A stretch of DNA of 40,298 nucleotides from Coleofasciculaceae cyanobacterium SM2_1_6 (GCA_012031635.1 JAAUUE010000003.1:1-40298), one strand, 5' to 3'. Counted from the stretch's first letter, positions 28,409 to 39,297 are shown. The notes: generated by a model from the sequence alone, not told the origin. Numbers and translations are program-made.

Positions 28409-29623
28409 ATGGGTGGAAGATATCAACACTATCAAGTTCAGGAATTTCTGCCCCTTGATGGGAGTACCTGTGATCGATTGCCGGAGGGACAACAGGAGTG
28501 CTGGCAAAATCTGGTGAATGAACTAAATGCCCGGCTCCAGACGAAAACAGTGGAACTGCAACAGGTGGTGAGCGATCGCCAAGCCCTAGAAACCCAATGT
28601 GAACAACTCCAAGAGCAGGTAGAAGAAACCTCCGCCCAAATTCAGGCTCTGACGGAAGCGGCGGCGGCTCAAGCCCGCCAATTTAGTGAAACCCTGAAGC
28701 AGTTACGCCAAAACCAAGCTCAAATTGTCCAAACCGAAAAGATGTCCAGCTTGGGATTACTAGTCGCCGGAGTTGCCCACGAGATTAATAACCCGGTGAA
28801 TTTTATCTACGGGAATCTGACCCATGTGGAGAACTATGTCCAGTATTTAATGGATTTAGTCGGACTTTATCGTCAGCATTATCCCCATCCAGTCCCAGAA
28901 GTTGCCAATAACAGTGATGAAGAAGAGTTGGAGTTTCTTTTAGAAGATTTACCAAAGATTTTAAGTTCTATGAAATTAGGAGCCGATCGGATTCAAAAAA
29001 TTGTGCTGTCTCTGCGGAATTTCTCTCGGATGGATGAGGCTGGAGCCAAGGAAGTAGATATCCATGAGGGGATTGATAGTACCCTGATGATTCTTCAGAG
29101 CCAACTTAAAGCTAAAGGTAATCATCAAGAAATTCACATTGTCAAAGATTATGGTCAACTGCCGATGGTGGAGTGTTTGGCGGGACAGATTAATCAAGTG
29201 TTTATGAATTTATTAACTAATTCGATCGATGCGCTGACCACCAGAAGAAATTCCCCTGATATTTCCCAACCCGCAACTTTTCAGCTAGTTTCTAGTCCAG
29301 TGGTGAATCCAGAAATTACCCCCCAAAACGCACCACCGACCATCACCATTCAAACTCAAATGCTCGATCGAGAATGGCTGTTGATCCGGATTGCCGATAA
29401 TGGGGTGGGTATTCCTGAAAGTGCTAGACCAGTTCTATTTGACCCCTTCTTTACCACAAAACCTGTTGGCAAAGGCACAGGCTTAGGTTTGTCTATTAGC
29501 TATCAAATCATTGCCAAGCGCCATCAAGGAGTATTAGATTGGAGTTCTACCCTAGGAGAAGGCACGGAGTTTTTGATCAAGCTCCCCCTCAAATTCTCTT
29601 CAGGGAATGGTCTCAATACTTGA
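28409..29623 (+). CDS. soluble histidine kinase with N-terminal coiled coil
   Basis: EKMSSLGLLVAGVAHEINNPVNF, NQVFMNLLTNS, DNGVG, FDPFFTTKPVGKGTGLG; no TM segment. Confidence 0.92.
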   Translation: MGGRYQHYQVQEFLPLDGSTCDRLPEGQQECWQNLVNELNARLQTKTVELQQVVSDRQALETQCEQLQEQVEETSAQIQALTEAAAAQARQFSETLKQLRQNQAQIVQTEKMSSLGLLVAGVAHEINNPVNFIYGNLTHVENYVQYLMDLVGLYRQHYPHPVPEVANNSDEEELEFLLEDLPKILSSMKLGADRIQKIVLSLRNFSRMDEAGAKEVDIHEGIDSTLMILQSQLKAKGNHQEIHIVKDYGQLPMVECLAGQINQVFMNLLTNSIDALTTRRNSPDISQPATFQLVSSPVVNPEITPQNAPPTITIQTQMLDREWLLIRIADNGVGIPESARPVLFDPFFTTKPVGKGTGLGLSISYQIIAKRHQGVLDWSSTLGEGTEFLIKLPLKFSSGNGLNT

Positions 29624-29894
29624 GCTACCGGATTCTTAACACCTAATGTCTAAGTGATTTTTTCCATGCTAATTTTTTCCATGCTAATCAAGCGTAATCG
29701 AACTTCCTCTGACCAGACGAACAAAACTAGTAAAGCCAACAACACAGGACTCAGGCAACCTCAGATTTTAGATTCTCAGGAAGATAGGGGGGAGGGGGGT
29801 AAGAACTAATCTTTTCAAGGGCTGGATTAAATTCAAAGGCTGGAAGGGCAGGGCTAAATTATTTACTAGGTTATTTGTCACTTCGATCGCTTCT

Positions 29895-31972
29895 TTGTTG
29901 ATTACTGTTACTTCGGTTCCTAGTAATTTTTTGGGAAATAGTTTTCTGGGCAATAACTTCTTTGGGAAATCCGTAAGCGCAGCAACATCACCCCGGATCG
30001 CCACACCACCAAGGATCGATCGCACCATAGCCTGTGACTTACTAATTGCTGGGGGCGGATTAGCGGGGGCAGCCGCCGCCTACGAAAGTTTATTGGCGGG
30101 CAAGACGGTGTGCCTCACAGAAATTACCGACTGGATCGGCGGACAAATTTCCGCTCAGGGAACCTCGGCTCTGGATGAACGGACAACCCAACGGGAGCAG
30201 CGTTTTTTCCCTAGGGGCTATCTAAAGTTTCGCGATCGTATCCTCAAGTTTTACGACAAACCAAATCCCGGCGGTTGTTGGGTCAGCACTTCCTGTTTTC
30301 TGCCCGGTGATGGTCATCAAGTTTTGACAGAAATTATTAACGAAGCTGCTCAACAGGGAAACGGCACTCTCCACTGGCTCCCAAATACGGTAATTAAGGA
30401 TCTCAGCATCAACCAACAGGGCAATTTCATCACCTCGGTGGTGGGGATTCAACACCGCCCCGTTCCCGGTGGCTTCCCCTGAATACCAAACCCCTATCGC
30501 AAACGATCGAAGATAGCTTCAGTTACGAAAATTCCGATCAGTTCACAAAAACGATTATTTTATTTGTCCCCAACCAACCAGACAGAGAAGGTCCAGAACA
30601 AAACCTCGAACAAACTGGTCTGCCCAACTGGTATGTGGTGGATGCGACGGAAACCGGGGAATTAGTTGCCCTGACGGATGTGCCCTATCGCTTGGGGATT
30701 GACCCTCGATCGTGGGAAGAACCCTCCTCGCCCCTAGATACCAGTTTCTCCTACTGCACCCAAGGCTTTACCTACACCTTTGCCATGGAAGCTACGGATA
30801 CCCCCCAAGATAATCCAATTCCCAGTTTTTACGATCGCTATGCCCCCTACTACAGCTACGAAGCAGAGCGCTTTGCCGACTTTGGCTTATTGTTTACCTA
30901 CCGGCGGATTTGGCATCCCGGTTGGCGCACGGCTCCCGTGGTCAGATTTGGGGTTTTTGGCTACACCGCCGTTCAGCCCGGCGATATTTCCATGCAAAAC
31001 TGGACATGGGGCAATGACTACCGCCCCGGCACCGCCGCCGATAACTTAGTCTACAGCCGTGACCAACTGGCAGGGATGGGACAACTCCAACCCGGCGGCT
31101 GGATGGGCGGACTCCGTACGGAAACCCTCTTCCACGGCGAACTATCTTCCCTTGGTTTCTTCCACTGGCTAGTTTCGGGAACTACCGATTCTCAACTGGG
31201 GGAGGGCATAAAAACTCCAAACCCCAATAATCGCCTCTTAGCTGGTTTAGATTCGCCCATGGGCACTGTCCACGGTCTATCTAAATATCCCTACCTGCGG
31301 GAAGGTCGGAGAATTATTGGTCGTCCCAGTTGGGGCTATGATCAAGGCTTTGCGGTGACAGAAATCGATATTTCCCGCCGTACCTACGAAGATGAAGTTT
31401 ATCGCCAGTCCCTTGATGAGCAAACTCAGAGAACCTTGGGAGTTGCCTTGGGGGGTTGGGAACTTTTGGATAGATTAATTGGGCCGGGAGTGCCAGAGGA
31501 AATTCGGGGACGGGATCGATCGAGCATCTTCCCTGATGCCGTGGGCATTGGACACTATAATATCGATTTTCACCCTTGTATGGTTCTTAGCCCCCCAGAA
31601 ACTCCCGGTAACTACGAATTTCCCGGTAAGCGCCAAGGGGAAAGTCAAACCTATCCTTTCCAAATTCCCCTGAGAGCCATGATTCCCCAAAAGTTAGATA
31701 ATTTTCTGGTGGGTGGGAAGAGCATTGCCACTAGTCAGATTGCGGCAGCGGCCTATCGAGTCCACAGTTTTGAATGGTCGGTGGGGGCGGCGACGGCGGC
31801 GACGGTGGATTTTGCCCTCAAAAAAGGCGTAATGCCTTACCAGTTGGTTGATGATCTGCCCCAAGGGGAACCCCTGCTGGCAGAGTTGCAGCAAATTCTC
31901 AATCAACAGGGAAATTACACGGCGTTTCCCGATACTTCTATCCTTAATGAATCTTGGGATGGTTGGCGCTAA
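29895..31972 (+). CDS. FAD-dependent oxidoreductase, probably exported (apparent frameshift at 30476-30479; true start uncertain, possibly ~29681)
   Basis: DLLIAGGGLAG Rossmann motif, DWIGGQISAQG; adding one C gives GFPLNTKPLSQTIED continuing in frame into VDATETGEL, PYLREGRR, FQIPLRAMIP. Confidence 0.85.
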
Positions 31973-32027
31973 AGGCTGACAAACTTATGAATAATTGACC
32001 AATAATAGGCTCTTGATTATGGAGATT

Positions 32028-32609
32028 ATGGTGCAGGAAGACAATAGGAAAATCATCAAAAAAATTGCACATCCGATGGTACGGCAGTTAAAATCTCTCC
32101 GGCTTCATCAGGCAGATTTACAGCAATGTTTCGCAATCCTCAGTCACTTTCAAAATTTTCAGGAGCTTCAAAATACTCAAGGTTTACTGGAGCTTAATAA
32201 AGCATTAGGGTTTACTAGTTTGTCTTTATATTTCAAGATATTTACTCCTAGTAAAGCCCGGATTATGTTAGATAAAACTAAGGTGTTCCGTGATCAACCA
32301 GAGTTTAATTCTAGTTTTAACCATTTTCAAAATATTAGAAATAAATATCTGCTCAATGATGAAAATACCCAAACCAAATCTTTAGTGGGTTTACTCTTAG
32401 ATCAAGAAAGTCAACCCGTGGCGGTAATATCCTCCGCAGAAGTAGGAATTATATTAGACGATCGAGAAATCCAAAGATTAAGAGAACTGGTAGAATTTAC
32501 CCTAGGCTATCTCTCCCAAAAATCCGCCGATATTGAATCACAACTCCTCGCAATTTATCAAACTTGGTCAATCCCAGAACTAATTAATATTCCTGATATT
32601 AGTAATTAA
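32028..32609 (+). CDS. hypothetical helical protein, possibly HEPN-like
   Basis: AT-rich ORF, GGAG RBS before ATG 32028; YFKIF..R and IRNKYLLNDEN. Confidence 0.6.
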   Translation: MVQEDNRKIIKKIAHPMVRQLKSLRLHQADLQQCFAILSHFQNFQELQNTQGLLELNKALGFTSLSLYFKIFTPSKARIMLDKTKVFRDQPEFNSSFNHFQNIRNKYLLNDENTQTKSLVGLLLDQESQPVAVISSAEVGIILDDREIQRLRELVEFTLGYLSQKSADIESQLLAIYQTWSIPELINIPDISN

Positions 32610-32621
32610 GACACACAAACT

Positions 32622-33136
32622 TCAAGATGATTTAATTAAATAACTATGCCAGATAACATTTTTGGATTTTGGCAGCTGATCTAGGGATGATTGGGGAGAT
32701 AGTCTTGGGGAGATTTTAGGAATTAAGAGCCGCCACGACTGATTTTGTCTTTGTTGTTGAATATAGAGATCAAAAGATTGATTTTCTTTGAAATCATGGT
32801 GCGGTAATTTTAAGGTAAGATTGTAAGCTCCTTGGAGGTGATAGGTAGGTAACTTTTCCACCACATCGTGACGATCTTCTGCACCTGCACCTTGCTAATC
32901 TCGATATCAGGATTTGGTTGGGATAGTTTTTGGCTGAGATGACTATAGGTAGGAGAAATCTGCATAGCGATCGCCTTTTCTACCACCTGATTACTGGGAA
33001 ATCTCGCACTAATCCCACAGCTAGTCATGCTCCCATTAACCACCAGAAGCATCAACCCCAGCCCTAGAAATTTCCCAAATTTTGTTGTCAATACCGAGCT
33101 TAATATTGTCTCAAGTCCAGATTTATAAAATTTCAT
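32622..33136 (-). CDS. hypothetical lipoprotein (apparent frameshift at ~32861)
   Basis: Hydrophobic signal ending MTSC-G lipobox-like; adding one G joins VQKIVTMW to VEKLPTYHLQGAYNL...SWRLLIP; start uncertain. Confidence 0.65.
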
Positions 33137-33219
33137 ACTTGTCAATTTTTGTACCCATCTGATAACTAATCCTTTTTCTATAGTAAAATCCAATGGGTGT
33201 CTATGGTGTGGCTAAATTA

Positions 33220-33576
33220 ATGGATAAATTAGAAATTAATGGAATTCGTTGTTATGGTTATACAGGTTTTTTCTCAGAAGAGCAGACTCTGGGACAATGG
33301 TTTGAGGTTGACCTAGCATTTTGGCTAGACCTATCTGCGGCTGCCCAGAGTGATTGCCTCCAAGACACTTTAGATTATCGGCGAGTCATAGAAACTGTAA
33401 CAACTATTGTACAGCAGAGTAAATTTGCTTTGATTGAAAAACTAATAGAGACGATCGCTACCAAGATTTTAGAGACCGAACCCATAGATAAAGTTCAAGT
33501 CCGGTTAGTTAAAGTTGCGCCGCCAATTCCTGATTTTTCTGGCAGTATTAACTTAGAAATTACAAGAAGTCGCTAA
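33220..33576 (+). CDS. folB: dihydroneopterin aldolase
   Basis: GIRCYGYTG..EEQTLGQWFEVD, DTLDY, FALIEKL, VRLVKVAPPI. Confidence 0.93.
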   Translation: MDKLEINGIRCYGYTGFFSEEQTLGQWFEVDLAFWLDLSAAAQSDCLQDTLDYRRVIETVTTIVQQSKFALIEKLIETIATKILETEPIDKVQVRLVKVAPPIPDFSGSINLEITRSR

Positions 33577-33593
33577 TATTAGAAAATTTATTT

Positions 33594-34775
33594 ATGAAAT
33601 TTAGAATTCTGAGTTTGGATGGCGGCGGTATGTGGGGAATTGTCAGTGCAACTATGCTGGCTTCCCTCGAAAGAGCGATCGGCAAACCCATACAAGAATA
33701 CTTTGATTTAGTTGCCGGAACTTCCACCGGAGCAATTCTAGCAAGCGGGATTAGTAATGGCAATTCTCCTCAAGAATTAATTAATTTATACGCCGAAAAT
33801 GGTCTAACTATTTTTCCCTATACTAAATTATTTACTCATAAAAGAATCCCCGTAGCCCTCCGCTATGGCATCCTTGGTCCTAAGCATTCTCCCGATGGTT
33901 TAAGCAAAGTTCTCCAAGGTCAATTTGGCAATAAAAAAATATCAGATATTACTCACCCCAAACTATTAATTACTGCCTACGATACCCTCAGTAGAAGTCC
34001 TATATTTTTCAAGAATTGGCGGAGTCGGTTTATTGATATGTCCTTGTGGGAAGCCTGCGTTTGTTCGTCTGCTGCTCCGACATTTTTTCCAGCCCACTAT
34101 TTAACCAGAAAAGAAGGAGGAACCGTTGCTAGGGCTACGAGTAATAGTATTTGTTTTGCTGAAATATTAAATGTTGATCCCTACAATAAAATGCAGGTGG
34201 AAATCATTGCGGGACGGGGAGTGGGGCAAAAAAGAGAAGTTAGTAATTTCTTGCAAACAAGACAAGAACAAATGGCTTTTGTGACTCCGCCTTGGTCAGT
34301 AGTTCCCGACTCTACTTCTGCCTACAGCCTAACAGTAGAATACTCCCTGATTGATGGCGGTGTTGGTGCAAATAACCCGGCGGCTTGTGCGATCGCTGAA
34401 GCCCTTAAACTTGGTCATGCCCTCCAAGATATTTATGTCTTGTCTGTGGGTACGGGTTTATTTACCGAGTCTATTCCTTGGGAGAAAGCTGAACGCTGGG
34501 GGATTCTCAACTGGGCTACGACAATTTCTAATGTTTTGATTGATGCTTCTTCAGATATTAATGATTATGTTGCCGAACAAGTTACTTATCGAGATCATTA
34601 TTTGCGGTTACAATTTAGGCTCGATCGAGATACTTCTGTAGTAATTACAAATCAAATAGATGATGCTAGTGATGGCAATTTGAATAACTTAGTGCGGGTA
34701 GCCAACGAGTATATTAATCAACCTTATGTTATTCGTAATATCAAAGACTTCTTGGTAAAGGCAGCCGATAATTAG
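33594..34775 (+). CDS. patatin-like phospholipase with inserted domain
   Basis: ILSLDGGG, AGTSTG (catalytic Ser), SSAAPTFFP, LIDGGVGANNP (catalytic Asp), LSVGTG. Confidence 0.92.
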   Translation: MKFRILSLDGGGMWGIVSATMLASLERAIGKPIQEYFDLVAGTSTGAILASGISNGNSPQELINLYAENGLTIFPYTKLFTHKRIPVALRYGILGPKHSPDGLSKVLQGQFGNKKISDITHPKLLITAYDTLSRSPIFFKNWRSRFIDMSLWEACVCSSAAPTFFPAHYLTRKEGGTVARATSNSICFAEILNVDPYNKMQVEIIAGRGVGQKREVSNFLQTRQEQMAFVTPPWSVVPDSTSAYSLTVEYSLIDGGVGANNPAACAIAEALKLGHALQDIYVLSVGTGLFTESIPWEKAERWGILNWATTISNVLIDASSDINDYVAEQVTYRDHYLRLQFRLDRDTSVVITNQIDDASDGNLNNLVRVANEYINQPYVIRNIKDFLVKAADN

Positions 34776-34811
34776 CTGTTTATTTTATTTGTTTATTTTA
34801 ATTAAAATTGT

Positions 34812-35635
34812 ATGACTACTTATCCCCAAGCTCGGAAGAAATTTGCTCAACATTGGCTCAAAATGATAAGATTCTCGCAAAAATCATTGCGGCGGCTCAA
34901 CTCAAATCTAGCGATCGCATCCTCGAAATTGGACCTGGTACAGGCATTCTCACGAGCCAATTAATTCCTCAAGTTGCCGCAGTTTTAGCCGTGGAGCTAG
35001 ACCGAGATTTGTGTGAATTTCTAGTCAAAAAGTTCCGCAATGCTGATAAATTTTTATTGCTCCAAGGGGATTTTTTAGAGTTGAATATAGACTCCCAACT
35101 GGTGGGTTTACCCCAGTTTCAACAGCCCAATAAAGTCGTAGCCAATATTCCCTACAATATTACGGGACCAATTATTGAAAAACTCCTAGGCACGATCGCC
35201 CAACCCAACCCCCATCCCTACGAGTCGATCGTTCTCCTTGTCCAAAAGGAAGTAGCCGATCGCCTCTACGCCCGTCCCAGTTCCAGAGCCTTTGGCTCCT
35301 TATCCGTGCGGGTTCAGTACCTTGCTGCCTGTGAACTGATTACTCCGGTGCCTGCCAGCGCCTTCTCGCCGCCCCCCAAGGTCGAATCCGCCGTTGTCCG
35401 CCTCTATCCCCGTCCCCTAGAAGAAGTTGCCACCAATCCCCAATACCTAGAGACACTCCTGAAGTTGGGCTTTGCTGCCAAACGAAAAATGCTCCGCAAC
35501 AATCTGCAATCTGTTTGGGAACGGGATCAATTGAGCCAAATTCTGGAACAATTAGAACTAAATCCTCAATGCCGGGCGGAAGACCTCAGTGTCAGCCAAT
35601 GGGTACGACTCAGTAACCTGCTAGGTGGGAGTTGA
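34812..35635 (+). CDS. rsmA: 16S rRNA m6,2A1518/1519 dimethyltransferase (apparent frameshift in A run at 34860-34863)
   Basis: ATG 34812 reads MTTYPQARKKFAQHWLK; adding one A continues NDKILAKII, LEIGPGTG, VANIPYNIT, FSPPPKVES, KRKMLRNNL. Confidence 0.94.
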
Positions 35636-35700
35636 TTTAATCTGATTGATTTAATTTGCAGGACTTAAGCAAAACAGCGGGATCTCCGCTATTGGTGGAT

Positions 35701-35725
35701 GTAAGGTGGGCTTTGCCCACACTAC
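35701..35725 (-). repeat. REP-like GTAG palindrome
   Basis: Reverse complement GTAG-TGTGGGC-AAA-GCCCACC-TTAC, same family as 4507-4530. Confidence 0.65.
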
Positions 35726-35797
35726 CCATAAGATCTATGCCTAAGCTCTAATTTGGTTGATTTTAGTTAATTTTGGTTAATATAGTTTTCTTAAACC

Positions 35798-36745
35798 ATG
35801 CGTTCCTATTCCCTAGCGGCTCCCGGCAAGATTAATTTACATTTAGAAATTCTCGGCGATCGAGCCGATGGTTATCATGAACTGGCGATGATTCTCCAGA
35901 GTATAGAGCTGAGTGATATTGTCACGATCGCTCCTCTGAGTACCGACGCTATCCGCCTCCACTGCAACCATAATCAAGTCCCCCTCAACAAAGATAATCT
36001 GGCTTTCAAGGCTGCCGAATTGATGGTGGCAAAATTTCCTGAAGCCTTTGCCCAGTGGGGAGGGGTTGAGATCACGATCGAGAAAAATCTCCCAGTTGCC
36101 GCAGGACTAGCAGGGGGATCCAGCAATGGGGCGGCGGTGATCGTGGGCCTAAATCTGCTTTGGGATTTGGGTCTAACGCAACCCCAGTTACAGGAGTTGG
36201 GGGCAGTGATTGGTTCTGATGTGCCATTTTGTATTAGCGGCGGCACGGCGATCGCCACCGGCAGAGGCGAAACCCTTGATAGCCTAGTCACTCCCCCAGA
36301 AATCTACGTCCTCCTTGCCAAGTATCGGAGTTTAGCCGTATCTACCGCCTGGGCGTACCAAACCTATCGCCACCAATTTAGCCAAACCTATCCCCCCAAT
36401 CAAGAGGCTCTAGCAGCTCGTAAAACTAAACTATCCGAGACCGCTATTCTTGCTGCCATTGCCCACCAAGACCTCGATCGCCTAGGAAAATCCCTCTACA
36501 ATGACCTCGAAAAAGTAGTCCTCCCCGCCCACAGCCAAGTTGCCAAGCTCCGGCAAACCCTCGAAGGTTTCCCCAACTCTGGGGTCATGATGTCTGGTTC
36601 TGGCCCCACGGTCTTTGCCCTATGTGGCAGCCAACAGCAGGGAGAAGAACTCCAACACAAACTTCAGATTGCCCTTCCGGAGCCTGATCTAGAAATTTGG
36701 GTGACAAAATTTAACTCTGGGGGAGTGCGACTAGTAGATATCTAG
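35798..36745 (+). CDS. ispE: 4-diphosphocytidyl-2-C-methyl-D-erythritol kinase
   Basis: APGKINLHL, DGYHEL, PVAAGLAGGSSNGAA, GSDVPF, NDLE, MSGSGPTVF. Confidence 0.96.
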   Translation: MRSYSLAAPGKINLHLEILGDRADGYHELAMILQSIELSDIVTIAPLSTDAIRLHCNHNQVPLNKDNLAFKAAELMVAKFPEAFAQWGGVEITIEKNLPVAAGLAGGSSNGAAVIVGLNLLWDLGLTQPQLQELGAVIGSDVPFCISGGTAIATGRGETLDSLVTPPEIYVLLAKYRSLAVSTAWAYQTYRHQFSQTYPPNQEALAARKTKLSETAILAAIAHQDLDRLGKSLYNDLEKVVLPAHSQVAKLRQTLEGFPNSGVMMSGSGPTVFALCGSQQQGEELQHKLQIALPEPDLEIWVTKFNSGGVRLVDI

Positions 36746-36774
36746 ACTGTAAATATCTAGATTGTGGGCGGGGG

Positions 36775-37356
36775 CTAGGAATTTAATTTACCCAGAACTG
36801 TTGTTAATCTTGCCCCTAGCTGCTCGATCGCCCTCTGTTGGTCAGCATCCTGAAGACTGCCATCGGGCTGAAAAGCATTATAGGCATTGCCGATCGCCCG
36901 TTGTTCTGGCAAGACAATCATACTCAAATTCCCCAAAACTGCCCGGAGATGTACCAAGCCCCGCAACCCACCCAAAGCTCCCGGTGAGGCACTCATCAAT
37001 ACTGCCACCTTTCCCGAAAAACAAGCCAAAGGAGCTTCCCCCGGTTGAGGACGAGAAGCCCAGTCGATCGCATTCTTCAGAACTGCCGTCACTGAACCAT
37101 TGTATTCTGGCGAAGCAATTAAAAATCCCTGATGGGCTATCATCAATTCCTTGAGTTTCTTAGCATTAGCTGGGATTCCTTCCTGAGCTTCGAGGTCTTC
37201 ATCAAAGAGGGGCAGGGGTAGATCTCGTAAATCCAAATAAGTCACATCGGCTCCGGTCTGGCTCGCACCCTGAGCAGCGATTTGGACAAGTTTTTTGTTG
37301 TAGGAATCTTGGCGAGTGCTACCAGCAAAAGCAAGGATAGTCGACTTATAGCTCAT
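36775..37356 (-). CDS. NAD(P)H-dependent FMN reductase
   Basis: FAGSTRQDSYN, ASPEYNGS, LKNAIDWASR, SASPGALGG. Confidence 0.93.
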   Translation of the reverse strand: MSYKSTILAFAGSTRQDSYNKKLVQIAAQGASQTGADVTYLDLRDLPLPLFDEDLEAQEGIPANAKKLKELMIAHQGFLIASPEYNGSVTAVLKNAIDWASRPQPGEAPLACFSGKVAVLMSASPGALGGLRGLVHLRAVLGNLSMIVLPEQRAIGNAYNAFQPDGSLQDADQQRAIEQLGARLTTVLGKLNS

Positions 37357-37399
37357 GGTATTTCCTGAAGATTAGCGAAGAATTAGAGAACTGTAGATC

Positions 37400-37489
37400 T
37401 AGCGATCCTAAATCATTTTCTAAATTAGATTGCTTCCGGTAGGTGATTCCCCTCGCCTGCGGCGGGTGAAATCATTTAGAACTACCATA
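37400..37489 (+). mobile_element. MITE-like element family A, copy 1
   Basis: TAGCGATCCTAAATCATT...TAAATTAGATTGCTTC...GGCGGGTGAAATCATTTAGAACTACCATA; imperfect terminal inverted repeats; homologous to 39401-39634 and 39665-39747. Confidence 0.7.
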
Positions 37490-37532
37490 TTCAATAGATA
37501 TTAGATTTAATAGATACCCAATTTTGAACTAT

Positions 37533-38012
37533 TTAGAGTCTTAAGGCCAAGTAATTTTTTTTATCTTCCCAATTGCGGAGATTTCTCGTCGTAGTTTCTG
37601 GGGGTTGTTTGGGGTGGATGTTGCCGGGGAGTTGGGGTTGCACGCTTTTAGCGGGCAGGAGTTTATTGTCTTTGGTAACTAGATGCCCCACAAACCCGGC
37701 TCCGGCGGCGATATCGATCGCACTTGCCACCACATCCCCTTCAACTTTGGCGGTGGAAGTCAGGGTGACTTTGCCCGTCGCCTGAATTTGGGCTTTAATC
37801 GTGCCTTGGCTAACAATATTGTTTGCACATACCTCTGCCCCCTCGATCGCCCCAGTGGTGGCAATTTCCAAGTCTCCCTTCACGTCAACATTGCCATAAA
37901 CCTTGCCATCGACACGCAGACTTCCTTCACTCTTGATAGAGCCACGCACTTCTGTGCCATCGGCTAAATAATTCATAGTATTACTGACGGGCTTGGGGCG
38001 ATTAAAGAACAT
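37533..38012 (-). CDS. bactofilin (polymer-forming cytoskeletal protein)
   Basis: GTEVRGSIKSEGSLRVDGKVYGNV, AKVEGDV, IAAGAGFVG beta-helix pattern. Confidence 0.92.
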   Translation of the reverse strand: MFFNRPKPVSNTMNYLADGTEVRGSIKSEGSLRVDGKVYGNVDVKGDLEIATTGAIEGAEVCANNIVSQGTIKAQIQATGKVTLTSTAKVEGDVVASAIDIAAGAGFVGHLVTKDNKLLPAKSVQPQLPGNIHPKQPPETTTRNLRNWEDKKNYLALRL

Positions 38013-38046
38013 CTGGCTGTTTATCCTTGATGATTATTCTCAAATA

Positions 38047-39033
38047 TTATTCTTGAATATTAATTAATTTCTGGAATTCCTCTGGTGCTAATTTCAGATA
38101 GCTTTGAGGATCGATCGCTTTTTCACCCTGATAAATACTGTAGTGCAGATGGGGTCCGGTAGACCTGCCACTATTCCCCAAATAACCAATTAATTGCCCT
38201 CGCTTGACCCGGGTATCTGGTTTGACAGCAATTCCAGAAAGGTGAGCATAGAGGGTTGTGTAGCCATAGCTGTGATTAATTGTCACCACCAGACCATAGC
38301 CGCCATCAAACCCGGCTCCGGTCACGATCCCCGGCGCAGTGGCATAGACAGGACTGGCGTAGGCATCCACAAAGTCTACTCCATTATGCACCTCCGTCCC
38401 ATAGCCAAAGGGGTTTGTCCGGTTGCCAAAGAGCGAGGTAATAATTAAATCATCTCCCTGCATGGGCATTCCTTGGGGAATTACTTCTTCTTTATTTAAT
38501 GTGGCTTCGAGGGAAGGATTTAGGTCGCGGATTTGATTCCAGAGAGAATTGAGGCGACTTTGAGTACTCTGCATGAGGCGATCGGGTTCTATAGCTCCAC
38601 CCTGTCCCTTTGGAGAATAGGGAGTTGGGAGTTGCGAGAGAGAATTGGGTAGTTTGATATTTTCAGAATCCTCAACATTTTCAGAATCCTCAACATTTTC
38701 AGAACTACTAGGCTTGAAGTTCGGCGTAGAATTAGCCTTGGGAAGTCCCGCCCGTTCCCGGAGGCGATCGATCTCCTGTTGGAGTTGTTCCTGCTCGATT
38801 TGCAGTTGTTGCTGGCGTTGTTGTAGAGCTACCCTTTCTTCTAAGTATTGAGCCTTTCTTTGTTGTTCTGCAAACCAAGTACTACCCGCCCAAGCAAAGG
38901 GAATTGAGAGTACACCCAAGACACAACCTAGTCTAATCAGGAAGAGTCGGGGGCTCATATGTAAAACAAAAGGTGACTTACCAGTACAAGTAAAAAATAT
39001 GGTGTATTTAGCAGGAAGACGGCGATGATTCAT
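38047..39033 (-). CDS. M23 family metallopeptidase with N-terminal TM and coiled coil
   Basis: HNGVD (HxxxD), YAHLS, GRSTGPHLHY (HxH). Confidence 0.93.
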   Translation of the reverse strand: MNHRRLPAKYTIFFTCTGKSPFVLHMSPRLFLIRLGCVLGVLSIPFAWAGSTWFAEQQRKAQYLEERVALQQRQQQLQIEQEQLQQEIDRLRERAGLPKANSTPNFKPSSSENVEDSENVEDSENIKLPNSLSQLPTPYSPKGQGGAIEPDRLMQSTQSRLNSLWNQIRDLNPSLEATLNKEEVIPQGMPMQGDDLIITSLFGNRTNPFGYGTEVHNGVDFVDAYASPVYATAPGIVTGAGFDGGYGLVVTINHSYGYTTLYAHLSGIAVKPDTRVKRGQLIGYLGNSGRSTGPHLHYSIYQGEKAIDPQSYLKLAPEEFQKLINIQE

Positions 39034-39297
39034 GATTAATTTACTTAGAAAATTACTCAACTACCATCCCAGAATTTGCTTGATATAGGATTGCATAGTT
39101 TTTTAACAACTATTGACACTACATGATCCCCACTAGTTTAGTCAAGATTATCCCCAGCGGATCTTTTCCCTACCAAAAGATATTAATTATTTTTTGGTAA
39201 AGAATTTTAATGGCAATTTTTATTCCTGATCCTAAAACCTTGAAAACCATATTGAGCAGGTAGCTAACAGATATCAATTCCTTGTATAGTGCTAGAG

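Noticed and set aside
30474-30485. Selenocysteine or stop read-through at TGA in the FAD oxidoreductase
   Set aside because: The continuation is in a different frame; one missing C in a C run explains it.
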